A stretch of DNA of 62,451 bases, the filler included, from Spirochaetales bacterium (GTDB lineage Bacteria > Spirochaetota > Spirochaetia > Treponematales > UBA12059): NCBI GenBank assembly GCA_016928955.1. It is 3 parts of 3 records of this genome, joined end to end, with 100 filler letters (N's around TTAATTAATTAA, not from the genome) between each part and the next. Parts side by side here need not be neighbours in the genome. Positions count along the whole stretch, not along the records: positions 1 to 24,216 come from JAFGJV010000025.1; positions 24,317 to 51,720 come from JAFGJV010000028.1; 1 more part is not named here. One strand, given 5' to 3'. This document shows, piece after piece, positions 19,024-28,059 of this stretch. The first letter of the stretch is position 1, and each line of letters opens with the position of its first letter. Made by a program: the position numbers and the translations under genes. Under the pieces are notes generated by a model. The model did no database searches, was not told where the DNA came from, and saw only the letters and a list, made by a program, of their open reading frames with translations.

Positions 19024-19055
19024 GCGGCTCCCGATCAACGGGAGCCGTTTTTTTT
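19024..19055 (+). terminator. Intrinsic terminator
   Basis: CGGCTCCCG-ATCAA-CGGGAGCCG followed by T8. Confidence 0.9.
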
Positions 19056-19225
19056 AAGGAGGAACCCAATGGGGTATGGAACGACGATCCAGTAAAACAG
19101 ACGCCGCAGGTACAGGGCAGGGAAGCGTCCGGCCCTGAGACCGAAGCCGACACGCCCGACATCCCTCACGGGAAGCCGGGCGAGCCGTGGACAGCCGACG
19201 GTGTGGGACCCTGTGGCTGGGGCTG

Positions 19226-21034
19226 CTAGCGCTTGGCGTCGGCCAGGTACGCGTCCACCCTGCGCTCAAGAATGTCCAGGGGCATGGAGCCGTTGGCCAG
19301 CACCACGGTGTGGAAGGCCCGGATATCGAAGCGCTCGCCCAGGCCGGCGCGGGCCTTGTCGCGTAGCTCGACCATTTTCATCATGCCCACCTTGTACGCG
19401 CAGGCCTGGCCGGGCATGACGATATAGCGCTCGATTTCGCTTACGATGCTGGCCTCAGCCTGGGCAGAGTGCTGGCCCATGTAGTCGATGGCTTCTTGCC
19501 TGGTCCACTTCTTGGCGTGGATGCCCGTATCCACGACCAGGCGTACCGCCCGGAACAGCTCTGAGTCCAGGGAGCCCAGGAGTCCGTAGGGATCGCCCTC
19601 GTAGCGGCCCATTTCCCTGGCAAGCAGTTCAGAGTACATGGCCCAGCCTTCGGCGTAGGCCGTGAAGGGCAGGAAGCGCCTGAACAGGGGCAGGCCCTTC
19701 TGTTCCTGGGCCAGGGCAAGCTGGAAGTGGTGGCCCGGTATGCCCTCGTGGTAGGCCAGGGTTTTCATGCCAAAGCGCGGCACCTCAGCCATGTTGCGCA
19801 GGTTGGCGTAGAAGACGCCAGGACGCCCGCCGCCAAGGTCGGGCATCTGGTAGTACGCGCCGGGAGCCGTTGCCTCCTTGAACTCGGGGATGCGCCTGAC
19901 CTCCAGCCTGGCCTTGGGCTTGATGGCGAACCATGCGTCAAGGTCGGCCGACATCTCAGCCAGGATGCGGGTGTATTCGTCCAGGCAGGCCTTCCTGCCT
20001 TCGTCGCTGTCAGGGAAGAGAAAGCGGGGATCCGAGCCCAGCGCCTTGAGTTCCCTCGTGGGATTGCCCACGGAGCTGTTCCCCAGCGTCTTGAAGATGG
20101 CTTTCATGTCGGATTCTATGCGGGCCACTTCGGCCAGGCCCGTTTCGTGCACGGCCTCTGGCGTTTTGTCCACGGTGGTGTTCGAGCGCAGGCAGTACGC
20201 GTAGTATGAGTCGCCATTCGGCAGTTTCCATACGCCGTCGTCGTCCGTCGCCCGTGACTCCAGCCGCGCGAAGTACTCAATGAGCCGCCGGTACGCCGGA
20301 TACACCGTGTCGCGTACCCTCTCCCTGGCCATGTCGACCAGCTTGGCCCTGGCGGCCGCGGATACCCGCGGCAGGGCTGCCAGCTTGGTGTCCAGCACAA
20401 CACAAAGGGCATGGGCGCCCGGCGCCGGCCGGATGAACGCCCGCATCTCGTCCAGCACGCGCCGTATCACAAAGCGGGGCGGGATGACTCCCTTGTCAGC
20501 GCGGATCCGTACGCCCTCCAGTACCTGGTCCAGCTTGACGCCGAAGCGCGACAAACGGCGGACGTAGTTGCGGCCCTCGAGCGCCGACACCACAGGATGG
20601 AGGTTCATCATGAAGTCGGGCAGGCTTGACTGGGCCCCGAACATCTGGTTCACCGGATAGTCGTGGTACCTGAAGCGTTCCCCGTATACCGCGTCGTCCA
20701 GGAACCAGTCCATTATGTCCGCGGACAGCAGGGCGGCGGGCGGCAGGCGCTTGCGGGAATAGCTCCTGAGGATGCGCAAGTCCTTGGCGAGAGAGCGATG
20801 CTGCTTGGTGGCCGCGGCCTCCGACGCGTTCGACAGTCTGGCGTTGTGGCCGTGCAGCCCGAATTTCTCCAGGATGCCGAGCATGGTCAGGAGTTCTGGC
20901 CCCGTGAGCGCGAACTTGAGAAAGGTGCGGGTCTGCAGCTGGCGCAGGGTCCACGGGCGGCCCGAGAAAAACGAGTACAGCCAGCTGAGCGCGATGACGG
21001 CCAGCACCAGGAGGGCGATAGCGACAAGCGACAT
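19226..21034 (-). CDS. DUF885-family protein (putative metallopeptidase), N-terminal membrane anchor
   Basis: HEGIPGHHFQ, AYAEGWAMYSE, RAVRLVVDTGIH, EIERYIVMPGQACAYKVG, FDIRAFH; start after the AAGGAG RBS. Confidence 0.9.
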   Translation of the reverse strand: MSLVAIALLVLAVIALSWLYSFFSGRPWTLRQLQTRTFLKFALTGPELLTMLGILEKFGLHGHNARLSNASEAAATKQHRSLAKDLRILRSYSRKRLPPAALLSADIMDWFLDDAVYGERFRYHDYPVNQMFGAQSSLPDFMMNLHPVVSALEGRNYVRRLSRFGVKLDQVLEGVRIRADKGVIPPRFVIRRVLDEMRAFIRPAPGAHALCVVLDTKLAALPRVSAAARAKLVDMARERVRDTVYPAYRRLIEYFARLESRATDDDGVWKLPNGDSYYAYCLRSNTTVDKTPEAVHETGLAEVARIESDMKAIFKTLGNSSVGNPTRELKALGSDPRFLFPDSDEGRKACLDEYTRILAEMSADLDAWFAIKPKARLEVRRIPEFKEATAPGAYYQMPDLGGGRPGVFYANLRNMAEVPRFGMKTLAYHEGIPGHHFQLALAQEQKGLPLFRRFLPFTAYAEGWAMYSELLAREMGRYEGDPYGLLGSLDSELFRAVRLVVDTGIHAKKWTRQEAIDYMGQHSAQAEASIVSEIERYIVMPGQACAYKVGMMKMVELRDKARAGLGERFDIRAFHTVVLANGSMPLDILERRVDAYLADAKR

Positions 21035-21106
21035 GGAAGCTCCTTGTGCGGCTATCATCGCACGGCCGCCACTCCGGCGCAAGGCGCGTCGCGGCTGGGC
21101 GCCGGC

Positions 21107-21140
21107 AAAAAAGAGGCCCCAGGCTCTCTCGAGCGCCGGG
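21107..21140 (-). terminator. Intrinsic terminator after the HU gene
   Basis: Minus strand AGGCCCCGG...CTGGGGCCT-C-T6. Confidence 0.65.
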
Positions 21141-21164
21141 GCCTGCCTCATATAGCGGGGAGTG

Positions 21165-21635
21165 CTACTCGGTGATCTTTGCCTTGAGCGCGGTTTCCTT
21201 GAAGGCTTTGCTGAAGGTAAAGCGGGGAACCTTGGACGCCTTCTTGGCGGCGATCTTGACCGGCTCGCCGGTCATGGGATTGCGGCCCATGCGCGCCTTT
21301 GTGGCCGGCTTGATTTTGACGTGCATCTTGCCCATTGCACCGAGCGGCACGCGCTGACCGGCCATGACGCCGGATTCCACCAGGCCGAACACCTGGTCCA
21401 GGAGCTCCCGGGCGTCCTTGCGGCTGATGTCCCTGAGCTCGGACAGATAGGCGGCCATGCTGTTCACGGTGAATTTGCTGGGCAGGCTGAGCTTCTTGGC
21501 GCTGGGCTTTGCTACGGCCTTGACGGTCTTGGCGGCCGGCTTTTTGGCTGCCGTGGTTGTCTTCTTGCTTGCGGGTTTTGCTGATGTGGCCTTTTTTGCC
21601 GACGTGGGGGCGGCGGTTTTGGCGGTTCGTGCCAT
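21165..21635 (-). CDS. HU-family DNA-binding protein with Lys/Ala/Pro-rich N-terminal extension
   Basis: ARMGRNPMTGEPVKIAAK..PRFTFSKAFK arm motif; about 45-aa AKK/PAAK tail. Confidence 0.9.
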   Translation of the reverse strand: MARTAKTAAPTSAKKATSAKPASKKTTTAAKKPAAKTVKAVAKPSAKKLSLPSKFTVNSMAAYLSELRDISRKDARELLDQVFGLVESGVMAGQRVPLGAMGKMHVKIKPATKARMGRNPMTGEPVKIAAKKASKVPRFTFSKAFKETALKAKITE

Positions 21636-22033
21636 CTCGTGTGTCCTTATGGATGCCGCGCGGCCTTAAAGCCGCGGCAGGTATCCGCGGAAGATGCGCG
21701 TTTTCCGCTGAAAACGCGGGGCTTTTGAACGGTACGGTCCAGAAAGCCCGTGCTTGCGCAATACGGAATAATACTACGAATTGCGCAATGTGAACAAGAG
21801 AAGCTATGGAAGTCGTGTTTTTTAGCGTGGATGATGTTCTGGAAAACGTCCACCAAAGGCGGTAGTTCCCGCTCATGCCAACGGCCTTGCTTTAGGAGCC
21901 CTATGGAACAATACTGGTAGCAAAAGGTTGTGGCTGGCGGTCACAGTCATACCATACTAAGAAGCACGCAAGAAAAGCTGACATCAGGATCGCACCGTGT
22001 GGCCGTTCGTCCGATCGGAACCGGAGGTGTGTC

Positions 22034-22710
22034 ATGAAGAAAAACGCGCGTCGGGGCCGCTCCTGGTCGTCACCGTGGCCTTGGCGGCAATGGTTGTGAT
22101 CTCGCAGGCAACGGCCCAGAGCACAACGATGGTTCTCCAGTACCCGGAGAACAGCACGGACCAGCTGGCCGCGGGCAAAATCCTGGTGCAGGCATATGCC
22201 AAAATAGGCATCACCGTGAGCCTGGTACCCGTACCGTCCGAACGGGCCCTGCAGAACGCGAACAATGGCAGCTGTGACGGCATAGTATGCAACGCGGCGG
22301 ATCTGGCCATCTTTGCAAAAAATTACCCGAATCTGGTGATGGTGGACAAACCAATTTACTCCATAAACGCTGCTGTCTTTGTCAAAGACAAGGTGTTTGA
22401 GGTCAAAGGCTGGGACTGCCTCAAACCCTATACGATAGGCTATCCCCTGGGAAACAAATGGGTGCAGGTCAATACCCAGGGCATGAAAACGTTTCAGGGC
22501 GAGAACGCAAAATCGTTATTCCAGATGTTGGACGCAGGGCGCCTGGACGTGGTGGTGGTACCGAGGGCTTCAGGGGAGAAAGTCATAAAGGATTACGGCT
22601 TTGCATCCATCAAGGCGCTGAGTCCGGACATAGCGGTCATTCCCATGTACCATTTTGTCAATAAAAAGCACGCGGACAAAATCCCGGCCCTCTTGAAGGT
22701 CCTGCCGTAA
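22034..22710 (+). CDS. Family-3 extracellular solute-binding protein (RBS-linked start is out of frame; possible indel)
   Basis: PSERAL..ANNG..DG, MLDAGRLDVVV, YHFVNKKH; GGAGG-ATG at 22034 is one base out of frame with the ORF across an A5 run. Confidence 0.7.
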
Positions 22711-22745
22711 CGGCTGGCGGGACGGGCGCCCTGACGGCGCCCGTC

Positions 22746-24038
22746 CTATGCCCCAGCCCGAGCCTTCCGCATCCGGAGCAAAAGCATCACGAGGATTCCC
22801 AGGCCGGCTATGCTGGTCACGGCCGACGTGAGCATGCCCACGCGGTAGGCCAGCACCGGGTGTCCGCCCGTCCGCAGGACCGCGTCTATGACCGGGCCGG
22901 TGACAAGCGTAGCCGACGTGCCCCAGCTGAGCATGAACGTGGCGTTGTACGCGGCGAAATACCGTCCGCGTTTTTCCGGCGGTATGAGCACGGACGCAAA
23001 GGCGTAGGAGGAGGCGGCCAAAAAGCCGTCGGACAGGCCGCGCATGAGCGATGCGGGGTATATCATCCACAGGCCCGGCGCCACGGTGTACGCAAGCAGG
23101 TACAGGACTCCGAACGCGGCGCCGAGCACCATCAGCGCTTGTACGCCTATCCGTTTTCCCAGGGCCCCGATGGACAGGCCTACCAGGATGAGGGCCAGCG
23201 ACTCGATGTTCGATATGAGGCTGATTTGCGTAGCAGAGGCGGCAAAGCCTTCCCTGAGGTCCAAAAACTGCCCGCGTATGGCCGCGAGTGAGTTGACGCC
23301 TGAGTTTATGAGCACCATGGCCACCAGGAACACGGCAAACACCCGCGTGTGGCCAGAGGTTCCCGAGGCACCAGCGTCGCTGCCTTTACCGGACTGGTCT
23401 TGCCCGGACTTTTGTATGCCGCCCTCCGGCAGGAAAAACATGGGAATGACGGACACGACCATGACGGCCGCCGCCAGGAGGAATATGCCGCCTTCCCTGT
23501 AGCCCCAGCCCGGGTAGGCACGCCCCAGTCCGTCGTACAAGGCTCCCCCTGCAAGGGCGCCAACAATCCTGCCGAGGCCGCCTATGCTTGCCAGCTTGCC
23601 CTGTATGGCGTTGCGCTCCACCGGGTTGTACACATCCGATATGAAGGCGCTCCAGCCTATATTGGACATGGACCAGAACACCTCGATGATGGTGAGGCCG
23701 CATATTACGACCCAGCCCGCGGCGCGTGGATCAACTTGACCGGTGTGCAGGATGAACATCACAACATGACCAAGGCCGGCCGCCAATTCCCCGGCTATGA
23801 TAAAACTGCGCCTGAGCTGGAAGCGGTCGGTGAGATGGCCCCACACAAAGGTCTGGAACAGGATATTGCCGACCATGGGTATGGTCTCGACGAGCGTCGT
23901 TTCCGTGACCGAAAGGCCAAGGTACGAACGGAGGTATATGCCCAGGAAGGTGTAGAAAATGCCGCGGCGGAACATGGCCAGGGCCTGGAAGGTGGACAGG
24001 CCAAAGAAGATCACCCGCGGTCTGCCTTGAGTACTCAC
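22746..24038 (-). CDS. MFS transporter
   Basis: About 12 hydrophobic segments, WGHLTDRFQLRR motif A, P..RGRYF; start GTG 24038 approximate. Confidence 0.88.
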   Translation of the reverse strand: MSTQGRPRVIFFGLSTFQALAMFRRGIFYTFLGIYLRSYLGLSVTETTLVETIPMVGNILFQTFVWGHLTDRFQLRRSFIIAGELAAGLGHVVMFILHTGQVDPRAAGWVVICGLTIIEVFWSMSNIGWSAFISDVYNPVERNAIQGKLASIGGLGRIVGALAGGALYDGLGRAYPGWGYREGGIFLLAAAVMVVSVIPMFFLPEGGIQKSGQDQSGKGSDAGASGTSGHTRVFAVFLVAMVLINSGVNSLAAIRGQFLDLREGFAASATQISLISNIESLALILVGLSIGALGKRIGVQALMVLGAAFGVLYLLAYTVAPGLWMIYPASLMRGLSDGFLAASSYAFASVLIPPEKRGRYFAAYNATFMLSWGTSATLVTGPVIDAVLRTGGHPVLAYRVGMLTSAVTSIAGLGILVMLLLRMRKARAGA

Positions 24039-24130
24039 GGCGGCATCATGGCTGAAACACGGACGCCTGGTCAAAGGGGTTCGGTAAAACCGGCCGCCGA
24101 CTACGTAAAAAAAGCCGCCCCCTAAGGGGG

Positions 24131-24215
24131 GGGGCCACTGAAAAAGCCGACTTAAGGGAGGCAGGGGGGCCAACGAGGCACCCCTGCCTTTTTTAGTGTA
24201 GAATTCTCTTGGTCC
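24131..24215 (+). mobile_element. End of a multicopy IS-like element (copy 1) at a contig end
   Basis: 85 bp that is the exact reverse complement of 51821-51905; begins GGCCACTGAAAAAG; family (IS1182/IS5-like) unverified. Confidence 0.7.
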
Positions 24216-24216
24216 G

Positions 24217-24316
24217 NNNNNNNNNNNNNNNNNNNNNNNNNNNNNNNNNNNNNNNNNNNNTTAATTAATTAANNNNNNNNNNNNNNNNNNNNNNNNNNNN
24301 NNNNNNNNNNNNNNNN
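24217..24316. other. Artificial contig linker
   Basis: N run containing TTAATTAATTAA (stops in all frames). Confidence 0.99.
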
Positions 24317-24402
24317 AGCCGTTGGCTTCGAGTGAGAAATCAGCACCGAAAAGCGGAAAGTTGAAATCGGTGAAAAGCGGAAAATCTAAATCGGTGTTGA
24401 CA
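24317..24402. mobile_element. IS21-family-like terminus
   Basis: Ends ...GGTGTTGACA (TGTCAACACC on minus), with two internal direct repeats AAAAGCGGAAA-N4-AAATCGGTG, the usual architecture of IS21 ends; at a contig start. Confidence 0.75.
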
Positions 24403-24594
24403 GTAATGATTTGAGCGGCGGATAGTAATGATTTGACCAGCAGATAGTAATGATAATCTTCTTAAATAGTAATGATAGCCCTCGTACATAGTAAGGATAA
24501 TCCTGGTAGATAGTAAGGAAAATCTATTTTATATAGTAAGGAAAATTCGTTTTATATAGTAATGATAATCAGATTTATATAGTAAGGATAATCA
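24402..24594. repeat. Degenerate tandem array, 9 units with 22-23-bp period
   Basis: Core AGTAA(T/G)GA(T/A), preceded by AT in all but the first unit, at 24402, 24424, 24446, 24468, 24490, 24512, 24535, 24558, 24581 with variable intervening sequence. Confidence 0.92.
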
Positions 24595-25818
24595 TACATA
24601 GTCGCCCAGTAGAAAATCCCGAATGTTTTTATGAATAATACCATTCCGGCTTCTGTCTATCTCGTCCATGGACAATACGTACTTGGGGAAATTGTCCGGT
24701 ATGCTTTCCAATACTGAAAACTCGCGTTTTACCGTTTCTTCGCTAGCCAAAAGATAGCACACCTGCACATAAACCAAAGCCGGCCCACGCATAGCGCAAA
24801 AATCAACTTCCGCGCTTTTGGTCTTTCCTACAGTTACCTCATAACCGCGGCGCAGCAATTCCATATACACGATATTTTCTAAAACCTGATTGATGTCCCG
24901 CTGATTGTTGCCATAGATAGCTTCGCGAATACCATGATCGGCCAGATAGATTTTTTCCTGGGTGGCCAGCAAGGCTTTCCCCATAAGGTCCTGACGTTGA
25001 ACCATATGTAAAAGGCACGCGGCGCGGCAATACTCGATATAATTATAGATGGTTTCGGTGGAAGCGCCGCGGCCCTGGCTTTTCAGGTATTTAACAAGCG
25101 AGCTTGCGGAAAAGGTATTACCCACGTTGGCGATAAAATACAGCACGAGCTGGCGTAGCTGGGCAATATCCCGTACTCCATTTCGTTGGGCTATGTCCTT
25201 AAGAATGGTGGAGTTAAAAATATCGCCTATATATTGGTTGGCGTCGGCATCGGTAAAGGGATAATTGTATAAGAAAGGAAAACCGCCCCGACCCAGGTAT
25301 AGTTTGAAGGCATCGTCGGTCTTGACCGGGCTATCGGCTTGAGAAAGCAGGGTGACGACCTCGGCGAAGGAAAAGGGATATATCCGTAGCTCCACGTAGC
25401 GCCCGGCCAGATAGGTGGCCAATTCGCTGGAGAGCATGCGGGCGTTCGAGCCGGTAATGTAGATATCGGCGTCGGTATCTATCAGCAGGGAATTGACCAG
25501 GGTTTCCCAACCGGTAAGTTCCTGGATTTCATCAAAAAAGAGGTATAAGCGTCCGGAGCTGTTCTGGCTTTTCTGTTTATGTACGGCTTCAATTACGGAT
25601 TCCGCGCTTTGTACCCGTTTATCCGCGGCGGATTCAAAGTTTAGCGATAGTATGCGGGAATATTCCACCCCCTGTTGCCGCAATTCGGCCTGTACAAGCT
25701 CCATAAACACGGACTTACCGCAACGTCGAATACCGGTAAAAACCTTTACCACGGGGGTATTCATAAAGGGTCTTAGCTTCTTCATGTATAGTTCGCGCTG
25801 TATCATTCTTTGTATCAT
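24592..25818 (-). CDS. AAA+ ATPase (AAA_14 + DUF4143 type) with C-terminal PD-(D/E)xK-like domain
   Basis: GIRRCGKS, FFDEIQ, ITGSN, LAGR, GGFP, KIYLADHG, LENIVY.EL, EVDF...YVQV. Confidence 0.9.
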   Translation of the reverse strand: MIQRMIQRELYMKKLRPFMNTPVVKVFTGIRRCGKSVFMELVQAELRQQGVEYSRILSLNFESAADKRVQSAESVIEAVHKQKSQNSSGRLYLFFDEIQELTGWETLVNSLLIDTDADIYITGSNARMLSSELATYLAGRYVELRIYPFSFAEVVTLLSQADSPVKTDDAFKLYLGRGGFPFLYNYPFTDADANQYIGDIFNSTILKDIAQRNGVRDIAQLRQLVLYFIANVGNTFSASSLVKYLKSQGRGASTETIYNYIEYCRAACLLHMVQRQDLMGKALLATQEKIYLADHGIREAIYGNNQRDINQVLENIVYMELLRRGYEVTVGKTKSAEVDFCAMRGPALVYVQVCYLLASEETVKREFSVLESIPDNFPKYVLSMDEIDRSRNGIIHKNIRDFLLGDYV

Positions 25819-25956
25819 AATTCAACTATATCGAAAAAACAACAATAAAAAACTATAGGATTTCGTTATATCGAAAGAAGCCACGGCTCAGATATTCTCA
25901 CTCTTCCGCCTTTTTCAGCGCCAATACGACGCAGACGGCCTTCATTCTGGAGCTTC

Positions 25957-25983
25957 TGAACCGCCCCGGGTTCACCGGAGTAC
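25957..25983 (+). mobile_element. Isolated IS3-family-like terminal inverted repeat remnant
   Basis: TGAACCGCCCCGGGTTCACCGGAG resembles IS629/IS51-group termini (from memory); no transposase adjacent. Confidence 0.55.
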
Positions 25984-26169
25984 TGTTTATGTGAGTCCGG
26001 CTCCTACGGCATCTCTGGTTCAGACATGATGATTTATAGTCACAACATTGATCACCTTGATGGTGCTACCGCCTAAATCTTCCGATCTTGCTACACCCTC
26101 GGCACTGACTTTTATATACTGTGCAAAGAAATCAATCGACAGTTAAATACAAATGCTTGTAGATGGTTT

Positions 26170-26198
26170 TTGACAGATATTTTTCTGTCTGCTATGCT
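26170..26198 (+). promoter_or_regulatory. sigma70 promoter with overlapping palindromic operator
   Basis: TTGACA-N17-TATGCT; GACAGA-N6-TCTGTC palindrome at 26172-26189. Confidence 0.7.
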
Positions 26199-26205
26199 AT
26201 CTGGC

Positions 26206-26400
26206 ATGGTTTCGAGCAATAAACCCGTTTTAACTGTTACAGAAGCCGCTGAATACCTCAGAATCCCAGTTTCCACGCTTTACAAACTCACCCGTGAGGG
26301 AACCGTACCAGCCCAAAAGCTTGGGAAGCAGTGGCGCTACCACAAGGATGTCATAGACGACTGGCTCAAGGGCAAAATGCTTGCAAAAACAACCAGCTAA
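26206..26400 (+). CDS. Excisionase-like helix-turn-helix DNA-binding protein
   Basis: LTVTEAAEYLRIPVSTLYKL...G.VPAQKLGKQWRY...IDDWL (HTH_17 pattern). Confidence 0.88.
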   Translation: MVSSNKPVLTVTEAAEYLRIPVSTLYKLTREGTVPAQKLGKQWRYHKDVIDDWLKGKMLAKTTS

Positions 26401-26412
26401 AGGAATATCAGA

Positions 26413-27966
26413 ATGGCTCGACCTAAAAAGGCAACGACTGCGGCCAACCTTGGCTTTGAAGCCACACTCTGGGCGGCGGCGGACAAGCTCCGCAACAACA
26501 TGGATGCCGCCGAGTACAAGCATGTCGTCCTTGGACTCATCTTTCTCAAGTACATTTCCGACTCGTTCGAGGAGCTTCACGCTGAACTGAAGGCTGAAAA
26601 AGACGCCGATCCCGAAGACGAGGACGAGTACATCTCCCGAAACGTCTTCTGGGTTCCCAAGTCCGCCCGCTGGAGCTTCATCCAGTCCAAAGCCAAACAG
26701 CCGAATATAGGCAAACTTATCGACGACGCGATGGACGCTATCGAGAAGGAAAACAGGTCCCTCAAAGGCGTTCTGCCCAAGGACTACGCCCGCCCGGCCC
26801 TGGACAAGACAAAGCTCGGCGAGCTCATCGACCTCATCGGCACCATCGGGCTTGGCGACAAGGAGAACCGTTCCAAGGACATTCTGGGCCGGGTCTACGA
26901 GTATTTCCTCACCCAGTTTGCCTCAGCCGAAGGCAAGAACGGCGGTCAGTTCTTCACGCCCCAGTCAGTTGTCCGCCTCATCGTAGACATGCTCGCCCCG
27001 TTCAAGAATGCCCGAGTATTCGACCCTGCCTGCGGGTCAGGCGGCTTCTTTGTGCAGTCCGAGAAGTTTATAGAACATCACGCCGGCAAGGTCGGCGACA
27101 TATCCGTCTTCGGGCAGGAGTCGAATCCGACGACATGGAAACTCGCCAAGATGAACTTGGCAATCCGCGGGATCGAGGCTGACCTCGGCGCGGAGCACTC
27201 GGACTCGTTCCTCCGCGACCTTCATGGTTCAGTGAAGGCTGACTTTGTTATGGCGAACCCGCCCTTTAACATGAAGGACTGGGGTCAGCCTCAGCTTCAG
27301 GGCGACAAGCGATGGAAGTATGGAACACCTCCGGCCAACAACGCAAACTTTGGTTGGGTTCAGCACTTTATCTCGCACCTTGCCCCGAACGGCATGGCGG
27401 GCTTTGTCCTCGCCAATGGCTCCATGTCGTCCAACACCTCAGGCGAAGGCGACATTCGCTCTGGGATGGTGGAAGACGATCTCGTTGACTGCATGGTTGC
27501 CCTGCCGGGCCAGCTTTTCTACTCAACCCAGATTCCCGTCTGCCTCTGGTTCTTGGCCCGTAACAAGTCAGATAAAAAATACAGGGATCGGCGGGGAGAG
27601 ACACTTTTCATCGACGCGCGCAAGCTCGGCACCATGGTGGACCGAGTCCACAAGGAACTCACCGAAGCAGACATAGAAAAGATTGTTGATACCTACCACG
27701 CATGGCGTGGCGGCAAAGACAGCAAGAAAAAGTATGAGGACATTCAGGGTTTCTGCCATTCAGCAGAAAAAGATGAAATCAAGTCGCACGGGTACGTCCT
27801 TACCCCCGGCCGCTATGTCGGGGCCGAGGAAGTTGAGGATGACGGCGAGGACTTCGACGAAAAGATGCAGCACCTGACGGCCAAGCTCAAGGAGCAGGTT
27901 ACCGAGTCGCAAAAGCTCTCGAAACAGATATTCAAGAACCTAAAGGTACTTGGCTATGGGGAATGA
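26413..27966 (+). CDS. hsdM: Type I restriction-modification methyltransferase subunit
   Basis: [38 protein letters not shown]. Confidence 0.97.
   Translation: MARPKKATTAANLGFEATLWAAADKLRNNMDAAEYKHVVLGLIFLKYISDSFEELHAELKAEKDADPEDEDEYISRNVFWVPKSARWSFIQSKAKQPNIGKLIDDAMDAIEKENRSLKGVLPKDYARPALDKTKLGELIDLIGTIGLGDKENRSKDILGRVYEYFLTQFASAEGKNGGQFFTPQSVVRLIVDMLAPFKNARVFDPACGSGGFFVQSEKFIEHHAGKVGDISVFGQESNPTTWKLAKMNLAIRGIEADLGAEHSDSFLRDLHGSVKADFVMANPPFNMKDWGQPQLQGDKRWKYGTPPANNANFGWVQHFISHLAPNGMAGFVLANGSMSSNTSGEGDIRSGMVEDDLVDCMVALPGQLFYSTQIPVCLWFLARNKSDKKYRDRRGETLFIDARKLGTMVDRVHKELTEADIEKIVDTYHAWRGGKDSKKKYEDIQGFCHSAEKDEIKSHGYVLTPGRYVGAEEVEDDGEDFDEKMQHLTAKLKEQVTESQKLSKQIFKNLKVLGYGE
27865..27966 (+). repeat. 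Direct repeat copy 1 (3' end of hsdM)
   Basis: 102 bp, 11 mismatches versus 29696-29797 by manual alignment. Confidence 0.92.
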
Positions 27967-28059
27967 TTCTTATAATAGATTTGATTTTCTTTTTACCTTC
28001 GTTGTTATACTATGTCATAATGGACTGTTCCAAAAGCGTACGTATGAGGGCGGCATGTG

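Noticed and set aside
18890..19225. Possible tmRNA or riboswitch in the intergenic gap
   Set aside because: No tRNA-like ends, tag peptide or recognisable aptamer motif seen.
24217..24316. TTAATTAATTAA palindrome in N runs (also 51721-51820) and gene adjacency across them
   Set aside because: Artificial linker; neighbourhoods across it are not biological.
24402..24594. CRISPR array
   Set aside because: The period of 22-23 bp is far too short, the repeats are degenerate and non-palindromic, and there are no cas genes.
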